DNA of 64,000 nucleotides, taken from an uncultured delta proteobacterium. Its GTDB lineage: Bacteria > Desulfobacterota > RBG-13-43-22. Of the stretch, positions 16,915 to 26,228 are shown piece by piece. The notes beneath the pieces are model-generated. The model worked only from the letters and a program-made list of their open reading frames with translations. It was not told where the DNA came from and did no database searches. The position numbers and the translations under genes were made by a program. The stretch covers positions 352,001 to 416,000 of the forward strand of contig CAWBOS010000010.1 of NCBI GenBank assembly GCA_963790475.1. The letters are read 5' to 3'. Each line of letters begins with the position of its first letter. Positions within the stretch are counted from its first letter, which is position 1.

Positions 16915-17437
16915 GGATCTCCTCGGCACCGGCCTCCTTGAGCAGAGCAGCGATTTTTTCCCGTTCCATGGGTGGGCAATAAATCAGCAGGCCGAAACGA
17001 TCATCGGAAAAGCGGGGGTCATAATGGGCCGGCAGATGCAACCGGGGCAGACGGGTGTGGATGAGCATTCCGGCAAAGGAAATAAGGACCCCGCACAAAA
17101 TCAGAAACTCAAAGCCGATGATGACAAAGGGGATCCAGGGGATGATCGGCTTACCGCTGACGATAAACCGCCACTGTAAGACCGTGTAGACGGCCAGGAA
17201 AAAACCGGAAACCAGGCCGAAGAGGCCGCCAAAAAGGGTGTAATAGCGCACCGGGCTTGGCCCCTTATCCAAGGCTTCCTGGACCTCTGGGGCAGCCGAA
17301 GGGCTAAAGACGGTAAAATCCAGGTTGGCCTTTCCGACGGCCTTTAAGGCCCCCAACAGATCGTCCAAATAGATAAAGATCCCCATCAAGGCCGGCCTGG
17401 CCATCGCCCTTTCCGTTTTATTCATGGGCTTATTCAT
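16898..17437 (-). CDS. actD: ACIII subunit D (DUF3341)
   Basis: SGKP..FVIIGFEFLIL, YDPRFSDDRFGL, GAEEI. Confidence 0.88.
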   Translation of the reverse strand: MNKPMNKTERAMARPALMGIFIYLDDLLGALKAVGKANLDFTVFSPSAAPEVQEALDKGPSPVRYYTLFGGLFGLVSGFFLAVYTVLQWRFIVSGKPIIPWIPFVIIGFEFLILCGVLISFAGMLIHTRLPRLHLPAHYDPRFSDDRFGLLIYCPPMEREKIAALLKEAGAEEIHDYAG

Positions 17438-18758
17438 GGGCCGTCCTTTCCCGCCGGGGAGGTTTGACCTCTTCCTTGACTTCGGCGATGGACAGGGTGG
17501 GCAAAAATTTGGAAAACAAAAAGAAGAAAAAGAAAAAGATACTGAAGGCCCCGAAAAGGATCCCGTATTCCACCCAGGTGGGACCGGGATAATGCCTCCA
17601 GATATACGGATCATAGGCATGGGCCGGAGAGCCGATGATGATCACATAACGCTCATACCACATGCCCACGACCACCATAACGGCAATCACATACAAGGTG
17701 ATGGTGTTGGTTCGAATTTTTTTGATAAAGTAAAACAGGGGGGCGACGGAATTACCGAAGACCATCAACCAGAACCATTCTTTATAATAGCCGACCATGC
17801 GCCAGTAAAAGTTGTCCTTTTCCGTGTTATCCCCGCTGTACCAGGAGATGAAGTGCTCGGTCAGATAGGAATAGCCCATGATCAAGCCGGTCAGGATGAT
17901 GGTTTTGGCGATATTTTCCAGGGTTTCCATGGTGATGATATTTTCGAATTTATAAATGCGCCGCAAGGGGATCAACAAGATGAGTACCATGGCCAGCCCG
18001 GAATGGATGGCCCCGGCCACAAAGTAGGGGGCGAAGATGGTGCTGTGCCAGCCGGGTAGAATGGACAGGGCAAAATCCCAGGAAACCACGCTATGGACGG
18101 AGATGACCAAAGGGGTGGCTAGGGCGGCCAGAAGGACAACCGCGCCACCATAATGACGCCACTGCCAGTGGGACCCGGTCCAGTTTAAAGAAAAAAAGCC
18201 GTACACCTTGCGCCGCAGCCCTTGGGACCGATCACGGATGGCCGCCAGGTCGGGAATAAGACCGGTATACCAAAACAGGACACTGACGGTAAGATAGGTG
18301 GAAATGGCGATCACATCAAAAACCAGGGGGGATTGAAAATCAGGCCAGAGAGTGCGCTGGTTGGGATAAGGAAGAATCCAATAAACCACCCAAACCCGAC
18401 CCAGGTGAATAAAAGGAAAAAGGCCGGCCACCATAACGGCGAATACTGTCATGGCCTCGGAGCTGCGCGATATGGCCGTGCGCCAGCGGGCCCGAAATAA
18501 ATAAAGGATGGCTGAGATCAAGGTACCCGAATGAGCCAGACCGACGAAAAAAACAAAATTAACTAGATAGGTGCCCCAGGCGATGGGGTGATTGGGTCCG
18601 GCTACTCCGATGCCCATGAGGATCTGGTAGGCCCAGCAGCCGGCCCCCACCAGAATGCCGCAGAACCAGAAGGCCACGATGCCCAGGTAGAGATTTCCCG
18701 GAGGGGACATGGCCCGTAAAACTTCCTGATTGACGGTGCTGTAGTTAAGGTCTTGCAT
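17430..18758 (-). CDS. actC: ACIII NrfD-family quinol-binding subunit
   Basis: NFVFFVGLAHSGTLISAIL, HLGR, SPLVFD, SVHSVVSWDFA, GWHSTIFAPYFVAGAI. Confidence 0.93.
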   Translation of the reverse strand: MQDLNYSTVNQEVLRAMSPPGNLYLGIVAFWFCGILVGAGCWAYQILMGIGVAGPNHPIAWGTYLVNFVFFVGLAHSGTLISAILYLFRARWRTAISRSSEAMTVFAVMVAGLFPFIHLGRVWVVYWILPYPNQRTLWPDFQSPLVFDVIAISTYLTVSVLFWYTGLIPDLAAIRDRSQGLRRKVYGFFSLNWTGSHWQWRHYGGAVVLLAALATPLVISVHSVVSWDFALSILPGWHSTIFAPYFVAGAIHSGLAMVLILLIPLRRIYKFENIITMETLENIAKTIILTGLIMGYSYLTEHFISWYSGDNTEKDNFYWRMVGYYKEWFWLMVFGNSVAPLFYFIKKIRTNTITLYVIAVMVVVGMWYERYVIIIGSPAHAYDPYIWRHYPGPTWVEYGILFGAFSIFFFFFFLFSKFLPTLSIAEVKEEVKPPRRERTAHE

Positions 18759-18775
18759 AGTTCAAACTAAAATAG

Positions 18776-18871
18776 GGGTCGAGGATTCAAGGGTTCGATG
18801 GTACAAGGTTTAAGGTACAAGGTATACGGTATACGATTTTTTCTAACCTTGAACCTTATACCTTGTACCGT
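18776..18871. repeat. 8-mer plus 7-mer tandem arrays forming an inverted pair between actB and actC
   Basis: AGGTTTA AGGTACA AGGTATA CGGTATA ... ACCTTGA ACCTTAT ACCTTGT. Confidence 0.8.
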
Positions 18872-18874
18872 CCA

Positions 18875-21838
18875 TTACGTTTCCAAAATGTGCGTTATCC
18901 TCTTGAGATAAATGACCGCCGGCTTGGTATTCAGATAACCCAGGACCTGATAACGGCGTTTGTCATCGATCAATCGGGAAACACGGCTTTCCGGGTCGAG
19001 GAGATTTCCAAAAATTAACGTGTCGGTCGGACAGGTCTGGGCGCAGGCCGTGGTGAATTCTCCGTCTCTTACTTTTCGGCCTTCGGCCCGGGCCTGAATC
19101 TTGGCCCCGATGATCCGCTGGACACAAAAAGAGCATTTTTCCATGACTCCTTTCTGGCGGACCGTCACATCGGGGTTGAGCTGCCAGTCCAGGGGACTGG
19201 GACGGGTATAGTTAAACCAGTTGAACCGCCGTACTTTATAGGGGTCGTTTTGCAGACAAAAACGGGTGCCGATACAACGGTTGTAGGTCTGGTTGTTCAG
19301 GCCTTCCGGGTTATGGACCGGGGCATAGACCGGGCAGACCGATTCACAGGGGGCAAAGTCGCAGTGCTGGCAGAGCATGGGCAACCAGCGGGCCATTCCA
19401 TCCTTTGGGTCAAAGTAACGCTGAATCCGGATCCAGGCCATCTCCCGGCCGTTGAGGACTTGCTGTTTTTCCACCACGGCCAGGTTGTTTTCCGCATAAC
19501 AGGCCACCACGCAGGCCGAACAGCCGATGCAGCGGTCCAGGTCGACCATCATCACCCAACGGTATTCCTTATGCTGATGGACAGGGTAAAAGTCCTTTCG
19601 CGGGTCAACCCCTTGCGGTAAAGGCAGGTCGATATAAGGGATCTCTGCGGTCTTAAGGGATTGTTGATAATCCTTCAAGGTCATGACCTGCATGAGATCC
19701 CGATCCCCCTGAAAAAAACTTCCGTCCACATGGGCCAGGGGAATTTGTTTATTTAATTTCCGGAAGCTTACTTTCTGGGTGGAGTGAAAAACCCCTCCTG
19801 AGGCTGGGTCAACGGCCGGAGAAAATAATGACAGGGGATTGACCGGATGTCCATCGGCATACCTTCCGTAATTCCAATGACCCTGACCGAGAGGCAGGGC
19901 CAATAGCCCCGGAGGGACGGTATAAATGGGATAGGCCGGTCCTTCCAGGCTTCCGTAAGGAGAGCTGATCAAAAGGATATCCCCTTTTTGGATCTCCAGG
20001 ACCTTAGCCGTTTCCGGGTGGATCTCAATCCAACCGTCCCAGGTAATCTGGGTCATAGGATCGGGAAGCTCCTGAATCCAGGGCCGGTTGGCCTCTCGGC
20101 CGTCAAAGAACTGGATAGTGGGGTAAACGGTCCATTCCATCATTGGATCGGATTTGGCGGTTTCTTTTATTTTGGAGAAGGAAAAGGATGGAGGCCTTGC
20201 CGGAAAAGCGGCTTTTTTATTTTTTGGCTCCTTCCAGATTCCCCCTTGCTCCAGGGCCTTTTGCCAAAACTCCTCCGGGTTCTGGCCGGCTTCTATTTCC
20301 TTTCCTTTTTGGATCCAATATTCCCGGAGGAATTGATAATAGTCCTTCCAGGGAAATCTATCCGGTCCGCTGACCTTTTTGCCGGATGAAATAAGGAGAT
20401 CCCCTAAAGGACGGGTTTGGAAAACCGGCCCCATGACCGGCTGCATCAACCCTGACACCCCTTCTCTGGGAGAATAGTCACCCCAGGACTCCAGAAAGGT
20501 GTGATTGGGAAGGACCAGGCCGGCCAGGGTGCTGGTCTCATCGGTATAACTGGAAAAACTGACCACTAAAGGGACCGAATTCAGACCTTGCCGAAATTCT
20601 GCCGAGAAGGGAAGGTTGAAAACCGGGTTAACCTGGCCCAGGAGCAAGAGATCGATTTCTTTTCTTTTCATCCTTTCCGTAAGTTCTTTAAGCTCGGTTA
20701 AAAGCGCTGTCCGGCCATAGGCAGTTGGGCTATTGAAATCGATTACTTCTCTCGAACCTGGCTTAAGCAGGCAGAGGAGATTGGCCGCTACGGCTGCATC
20801 CAGGGCATGGGGGCCGGAAAGGCCGAGCCCTTCGGCCAGGGCCAGAGGTTTTTGTGCCCGGCTGAACCTACGGGCCAGATCCCTGATCACTGGTATCTTG
20901 ACCCCGGTTTTTTGTTGGATCTGTTCCAGGGTAAACTCCTGCAGAGTTTTCCGGAGCCACCCTTGCTGATCAGTAGAAAGATAGTTAATCGATCCCTCGT
21001 CCAACAAAACTCGGAGCATACCCAGGCCGATGAGATACTCCTCTCCCGGAGGGACGGCAATCCACAGATCGGCATTGTTGGCTGTTAAAGAAAGTCTTGG
21101 CCCCACAAAGATAAAGGGGTTTTTCCCTTGAGGTTTCAGGGCGTGAAAGGCAGCAAATTGCCGGGCAAATTCCAGGTTGGAGATCCAGGTTTCCAAAAAA
21201 CCGGCCCCAAAAGAAATAAGGAAGTCGGCCTGGTCGATGCGGTAATGGGGTAAACCGTCATATTGAAAGACGAGCCGGTTGGCCTGGCGCAAGGGCTCAT
21301 AAGCAAAGGACTCGTAGCATAATGGGCCTTGGGAACCCATTTCCGAAAGCCAGCGATCGACTAACCCTTTTAAGCTGCCGGTTATCAATTCACTTACGAA
21401 AACAATTCGTTCGCCACGGCCCTGCCGAATAAGGTCGGTCAAGGTGCGGGCCAGCACTTCTTCACCGTGTTGCCAGGACACCGCGGTCAATTTGCCGTTT
21501 GCCTGGCGTTTAAAAGGTCCCGGGAATCGATCGGGATTATAAAGCCCCTGCAAGGAGGCCTGTCCGCGGGCGCAGAGTTTCCCTTGGCTGACAGGATGAA
21601 GAGGGTTCCCCTCCAATTTGACTACCCGTCCATCCCGGTTCTTGGCCACCAGGCCGCAACCGGCCGGACACCCCCGGCAAGTGCCGGCATACCAAACCGC
21701 CTTACCGGGGATGATATCCTCAGGGGGGAAAATATAAGGAACTAAGCGGTTGGGAGTATCGGATGAGCAACCCGTGACGGCGCTTGTTCCAGCTAACCCT
21801 ATGATCTTCAAAAAGTCCCGGCGCTTGAGATCAAACAT
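18875..21838 (-). CDS. actB: ACIII subunit B (molybdopterin-oxidoreductase fold fused to 4Fe-4S domain), Tat signal
   Basis: KRRDFLK, CRGCPAGC..LCARGQ, ANRPWIQELPDP, CIGCSAC, CQHC..PCESVCP, RCIGTRFC, GVMEKCSFC. Confidence 0.93.
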   Translation of the reverse strand: MFDLKRRDFLKIIGLAGTSAVTGCSSDTPNRLVPYIFPPEDIIPGKAVWYAGTCRGCPAGCGLVAKNRDGRVVKLEGNPLHPVSQGKLCARGQASLQGLYNPDRFPGPFKRQANGKLTAVSWQHGEEVLARTLTDLIRQGRGERIVFVSELITGSLKGLVDRWLSEMGSQGPLCYESFAYEPLRQANRLVFQYDGLPHYRIDQADFLISFGAGFLETWISNLEFARQFAAFHALKPQGKNPFIFVGPRLSLTANNADLWIAVPPGEEYLIGLGMLRVLLDEGSINYLSTDQQGWLRKTLQEFTLEQIQQKTGVKIPVIRDLARRFSRAQKPLALAEGLGLSGPHALDAAVAANLLCLLKPGSREVIDFNSPTAYGRTALLTELKELTERMKRKEIDLLLLGQVNPVFNLPFSAEFRQGLNSVPLVVSFSSYTDETSTLAGLVLPNHTFLESWGDYSPREGVSGLMQPVMGPVFQTRPLGDLLISSGKKVSGPDRFPWKDYYQFLREYWIQKGKEIEAGQNPEEFWQKALEQGGIWKEPKNKKAAFPARPPSFSFSKIKETAKSDPMMEWTVYPTIQFFDGREANRPWIQELPDPMTQITWDGWIEIHPETAKVLEIQKGDILLISSPYGSLEGPAYPIYTVPPGLLALPLGQGHWNYGRYADGHPVNPLSLFSPAVDPASGGVFHSTQKVSFRKLNKQIPLAHVDGSFFQGDRDLMQVMTLKDYQQSLKTAEIPYIDLPLPQGVDPRKDFYPVHQHKEYRWVMMVDLDRCIGCSACVVACYAENNLAVVEKQQVLNGREMAWIRIQRYFDPKDGMARWLPMLCQHCDFAPCESVCPVYAPVHNPEGLNNQTYNRCIGTRFCLQNDPYKVRRFNWFNYTRPSPLDWQLNPDVTVRQKGVMEKCSFCVQRIIGAKIQARAEGRKVRDGEFTTACAQTCPTDTLIFGNLLDPESRVSRLIDDKRRYQVLGYLNTKPAVIYLKRITHILET

Positions 21839-22073
21839 GAAAAGATATCCGCGATAGCACAGAAGTCAGAACTGTTTTTGTCAATTTAGTCAGAATCAGT
21901 ATAAAGAAGGTAGAAGAAACGAGTCAAGCATAAAAAGATCCTTCCCCCATTTCAGGGAGAGACTCAAGGTGAAGAAGGGATAAAAAACTTTGGTTTTTCA
22001 GTCCCGCCTTTTTCAGAGTAAAGTCAAAAAAAATCCGTAGACCGGTGGGGCCCATTCTGTTAAAATAAAACAT

Positions 22074-22979
22074 ATGCCAAAGCTGAAATATTTTTTTGCC
22101 CTGTCCAGAACTCCCCACGGCATTCTTGACTTAGCCACCCCGGCCATAGCGGCCTTGCTCTGGTATGGGTCTATTCCCCCCCTTCAAATCCTCATCCTAG
22201 GCCTGGCAACGGCCTTTGCCGGATACACGGCGGTTTATGCTTTGAACGATTTGATGGATTATCATTTGGACCAGAAGAAACTGGAACTGGGAGGATTAGG
22301 TGACGGAGGAGGAGATTTGGATGCCCTGGTAATTCGTCATCCGTTGGCCCAGGGAGTCCTTACTTATAAAGAGGGACTGTTCTGGACAACCGCCTGGTCT
22401 TTTCTGGCCTTGATCGGCGCCTATCTGCTGAATCCTCTTTGCCTCCTTATTTTCCTGAGCGGCTGCGTCCTGGAGATGATTTACTGTCTCCTCTGGAGGA
22501 CCAGCCCGTTTCGGTCCCTTATCAGCGGTGCGGTCAAAACAGTCGGGGGTCTAGCGGCGGTTTTCGCTGTTGATCCCCATCCTTCCCCGGCCTTCCTGGT
22601 TCTCCTTTTTCTTTGGTTATTTTTTTGGGAAATCGGAGGTCAGAACATCCCCAACGACTGGATGGACATGGAGGAAGATCGGATGGTTCGAGCCAAAACC
22701 ATCCCCGTTGAGTTGGGAAAAACCTGGGCCATTTCGATTATTTTTACTTCTCTCCTTTTGGTCGTTGGTTTGAATGGAGTCCTTATGCGGTTTTCACCCT
22801 TGGGGGGGGAATTGAGCGCCGTCGTTGCTTCCCTGGGCCTGGGGATTTATTTGCTCCTTCTGCCCGGCTACCAGCTTATCAAGACGAAAGCCCGTCCTCA
22901 AGCCGTCATTTTATTTAATCGAGCCAGCTATTATCCCTTGGCTGTGCTTACAGTCATCAGCCTGTCCCTCGTGATTTGA
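22074..22979 (+). CDS. UbiA-superfamily prenyltransferase
   Basis: NDLMDYHLD and NDWMDMEED Asp-rich motifs, multiple TMs. Confidence 0.88.
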   Translation: MPKLKYFFALSRTPHGILDLATPAIAALLWYGSIPPLQILILGLATAFAGYTAVYALNDLMDYHLDQKKLELGGLGDGGGDLDALVIRHPLAQGVLTYKEGLFWTTAWSFLALIGAYLLNPLCLLIFLSGCVLEMIYCLLWRTSPFRSLISGAVKTVGGLAAVFAVDPHPSPAFLVLLFLWLFFWEIGGQNIPNDWMDMEEDRMVRAKTIPVELGKTWAISIIFTSLLLVVGLNGVLMRFSPLGGELSAVVASLGLGIYLLLLPGYQLIKTKARPQAVILFNRASYYPLAVLTVISLSLVI

Positions 22980-23001
22980 ATCTGTCGCCAGGAGAATTTC
23001 C

Positions 23002-23745
23002 ATGGAAGAGATCGATCCCAAAGAACTGCCGAAATTCAACGGGAAAGACGGGAATCCGGTTTATATCGCTCATCGTGGCCGGGTTATTGATGTGAGCGCC
23101 AGCAAGTTGTGGAATACCGGCCTTCATATGAACCGACATCATGCCGGAAATGATCTCACGACTGATATCCAAGCCGCTCCTCATGGACTGGAGGTTTTGG
23201 ACCGCTACCCGCAGGTGGCGGTACTCAAGAAAGAGGCCTCGACGGAAAAGCCCATACCGAAATTTTTGGCCTCTCTACTTAAACGATTTCCCATGCTCCG
23301 GCGACATCCCCATCCCATGACCATCCATTTTCCTATTGTCTTTTTGTTTGCCGCCCCCGTATTCACGATTCTTTTCCTTCTAACCGGAAGCCGGAGTTTT
23401 GAAACAACGGCCTGTCATTGTTTGGGGGCCGGCCTCTTTTTTACTCCGATAGCCATGGGTACCGGTTATTACACCTGGTGGCTGAATTATCGGGCTAGAT
23501 CCCTTAGACCGGTGAGGATCAAGAAAAAGGTTTCCGTGATCCTTCTGGGGATTGCCGTGATCGCCATGGGCTGGCGTATTTTGGATCAGGCTATTCTGAT
23601 TTCTCTGAGGCCGATCAGCTGGATTTATTTGATTCTTGTTTTTTCCCTGCTCCCCTTGGTCTCGGTCATGGGCTGGTTCGGCGCTCAGTTAACCTTTCCG
23701 ATTGAAAAGGAAATTCCCGCCGAAGATGAGAAGGGGAAGAGTTAA
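23002..23745 (+). CDS. Cytochrome b5-like heme/steroid-binding domain fused to a DUF2231-like membrane domain
   Basis: FNGKDGNPVYIA..GRVIDVS..W..GLHMNRHHAGNDLT..APHG, then HPMTIHFPI and 4 TMs. Confidence 0.85.
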   Translation: MEEIDPKELPKFNGKDGNPVYIAHRGRVIDVSASKLWNTGLHMNRHHAGNDLTTDIQAAPHGLEVLDRYPQVAVLKKEASTEKPIPKFLASLLKRFPMLRRHPHPMTIHFPIVFLFAAPVFTILFLLTGSRSFETTACHCLGAGLFFTPIAMGTGYYTWWLNYRARSLRPVRIKKKVSVILLGIAVIAMGWRILDQAILISLRPISWIYLILVFSLLPLVSVMGWFGAQLTFPIEKEIPAEDEKGKS

Positions 23746-24032
23746 GCCCCTGACCTTCAGTTAAGATGGAATCGGCCGCGGAGGCAGGGAAACCTTGGGG
23801 CGGAAGCTTTACTTTTCTCTTCAGAGATATACAGTATTTTGATTTGACAAATACTATCCTTCCTGTATTCCTTTCAGATTTTTATTGAGTAAAATTAGTC
23901 CTAAAAAAATAGTGCTCCCTGAATGGAAGGAATGCGTTTCGCCCTTTTCCGCCTAAGAAAAGGGAGTGGCCTATAACCAAGTAAAATTTTGAATATTGAT
24001 CCGGATTATATGGAATGAAGGAGGATATAACC

Positions 24033-24395
24033 ATGAAAAACAAGAACGGTTCACGAAAAAATAGCGCCTTGGCTTTATCATTTACAGCCGGTAGTTTGAT
24101 TGGAGCGGCGGCAGGTTTACTTTTGGCACCCTGGGAAGGACGTCAAGCCAGGGGAAAACTAAAAGAATTTGGGGAGGAAGTCAAGGAGACATCGATTCGC
24201 TTATCCAATAATTGGAAGGAAAAGGCCGTCGGTTTTATGGAAAAAAGAAAAAATAGTTTTCCCCCGGAAAAGGACAACCTTACGGCTGGTCATGATGCCA
24301 AAGAGGCCGAAACCGGAGTCGGAAAAGAGATTCCATTGGCTCCTGAGGGACATAGCGATGAGGATTTCCTTCATCCAGCCCCGGTCTTCGAGTAA
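24033..24395 (+). CDS. YtxH-domain protein
   Basis: GSLIGAAAGLLLAPWEGRQAR. RBS AAGGAGG before ATG 24033. Confidence 0.75.
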   Translation: MKNKNGSRKNSALALSFTAGSLIGAAAGLLLAPWEGRQARGKLKEFGEEVKETSIRLSNNWKEKAVGFMEKRKNSFPPEKDNLTAGHDAKEAETGVGKEIPLAPEGHSDEDFLHPAPVFE

Positions 24396-24488
24396 TTATA
24401 TAGAACAACCCCCGGTTTGAAACTGCTCTGGCAGGTCAAGGGGAAAGTCGGTCTACGCTTGATGGGGAATTTGATACTCTGTGCAGGG

Positions 24489-25316
24489 CTAAACAGAAGG
24501 GCTGTTTTTACAACCCCAGTGTACCACGGCAATCCCGTTGGTCAGGGGTCGATAGTTTACCTGAAGAAACCCGATTTCTTCCAGGAGACGAGTCAATTCT
24601 TTCGGCGAAGGGAAAAGCCGTATGGATTCGGGCAGGTAGGTGTAGGCCTGCCGGGATCCTCCAATAAGGAGTCCCAACAGGGGCATAATATGAAAAGAGT
24701 AAAAATCGTATAACCGGCGGAACAGTGGGTTTGTGGGGTTGGAGAATTCGAGACAGATAAATCGTCCCCCGGGTTTGAGGACCCGATGCATCTCCTTAAA
24801 GCCTTCCTCCATATGGGTCAGGTTTCGGAATCCAAAGCCGACCATGGCCGCATCAAATTGGCCGGATCCAAAGGGCAGCCGTTCTGCATCTCCCTGGGCA
24901 TAAAATATTTTCTTCCTGAACGAGGCATTGGTCGATTTTCGGCGTCCGATTTCCATCATCTTCCGATTAATATCGACTAAGACGACTTTTCCCGAACCTT
25001 TCATTCGCTTTAAGGCCAGGACGGAAAGATCACCTGTGCCGCCGCAGATGTCCAGGAGACTGTCTTCCGGCTGTAATCTTAAGAGATTGACAGTGGTACG
25101 TTTCCAGAGGTAATGAATACCGAAGCTCAGAATGGTATTCATCAAATCGTATTTTTGGGCTACCGTATCGAAATGGTCGCGCACCCAACGGACTTTTTCC
25201 TGGGTCGGGACTTTACGAAATCCGAAATGGGTCGTTTCCTGATCACCTTCCGATTTTTTGCCGGCTTTATTTTCTTCCGCTTCCGGCTTGTTTTCCGAGA
25301 ATTTATGAACAGTCAT
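24489..25316 (-). CDS. ubiE: UbiE/MenG-family quinone C-methyltransferase
   Basis: THFGF, KYDLMNTILSFGIHYLWK, LDICGGTGD, GDAERLPF, RVLKPGG, YTYLPESI. Confidence 0.92.
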   Translation of the reverse strand: MTVHKFSENKPEAEENKAGKKSEGDQETTHFGFRKVPTQEKVRWVRDHFDTVAQKYDLMNTILSFGIHYLWKRTTVNLLRLQPEDSLLDICGGTGDLSVLALKRMKGSGKVVLVDINRKMMEIGRRKSTNASFRKKIFYAQGDAERLPFGSGQFDAAMVGFGFRNLTHMEEGFKEMHRVLKPGGRFICLEFSNPTNPLFRRLYDFYSFHIMPLLGLLIGGSRQAYTYLPESIRLFPSPKELTRLLEEIGFLQVNYRPLTNGIAVVHWGCKNSPSV

Positions 25317-25329
25317 CCTTGGTTCCTCT

Positions 25330-26184
25330 TCAGGCCGGAATTTCTATAGGAAGACCGGATTCCAGGAAAATAGGTTTCAGGTATTGGAGACTGGCCTGGC
25401 CGGCTTCTTCGGGCATGTCCACATAAGGGTAAAGTTCCAGGCTGATATCGCCTTGATATCCCAGGGCAGACATGGCTTTAAAGAGCTTCAAATAGGGAAT
25501 AGCCCCTTGTCCGGCAATAAGATGCTGGTGGACCCGGCTGGGGGCAATATCCTCAAGATGAACATGACCTATCCAGGGGAAAAGATCTTCAAAAACTTTT
25601 ACCGGGTCCTCTCCGGCACAAAAAAAATGACCCATGTCAAAATTCAATCCAACGTTGGGCGAATTCACTTCCAGGATAAACGATTTAAATTGAGAGCTGT
25701 TCTCCAGCAGAAGATCAGGTTCGGGCTCGATCAGGATTTGGATCCCCAAGGACACGGCCGTGGGGATGACCTGTTCCAAACCTTGGTGGAATAATAATAA
25801 GGCCTTTTCCCGGCTCATCTCCTTCAGGGGCCCCCCGGGTGGAACCGATATATTCCTACAACCTAAAATGTCGGCAACCTTAAGACAATCCAGGGTATGA
25901 CGGATCCGCATCCCTCGTCTCTGTTCTTCGGCCTCAATCCAGGAAGGAAGATAGGTGTCTCCAACGGCGAAGAGGGTAAAGCTGTTCAGGTTGGTTATAG
26001 TCAACCCCTGGTCGGAAATAGATCTCTTGAGATGCCTCATTTCCACTTCTCCGAAATCCGGCGGATAGAGATGAGGGCGGTCACACATAATCTCCAGGCC
26101 TTTAAACCCCAAAGAAGCGATCTTGGCCACGGAATCCTCCAGGGAAAATTTGACAAAGGCATTAGTGCTGTAACCGAACTTCAT
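25330..26184 (-). CDS. Sugar-phosphate isomerase/epimerase (xylose-isomerase-like TIM barrel)
   Basis: FGYSTN, IEPEP, NFDMGH, HVHLEDI, HQHL, LELY metal-binding pattern. Confidence 0.88.
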   Translation of the reverse strand: MKFGYSTNAFVKFSLEDSVAKIASLGFKGLEIMCDRPHLYPPDFGEVEMRHLKRSISDQGLTITNLNSFTLFAVGDTYLPSWIEAEEQRRGMRIRHTLDCLKVADILGCRNISVPPGGPLKEMSREKALLLFHQGLEQVIPTAVSLGIQILIEPEPDLLLENSSQFKSFILEVNSPNVGLNFDMGHFFCAGEDPVKVFEDLFPWIGHVHLEDIAPSRVHQHLIAGQGAIPYLKLFKAMSALGYQGDISLELYPYVDMPEEAGQASLQYLKPIFLESGLPIEIPA

Positions 26185-26228
26185 TGACTCCTCAATTTCT
26201 TATCAATCGTTGATGTTTTGCAGGGATG

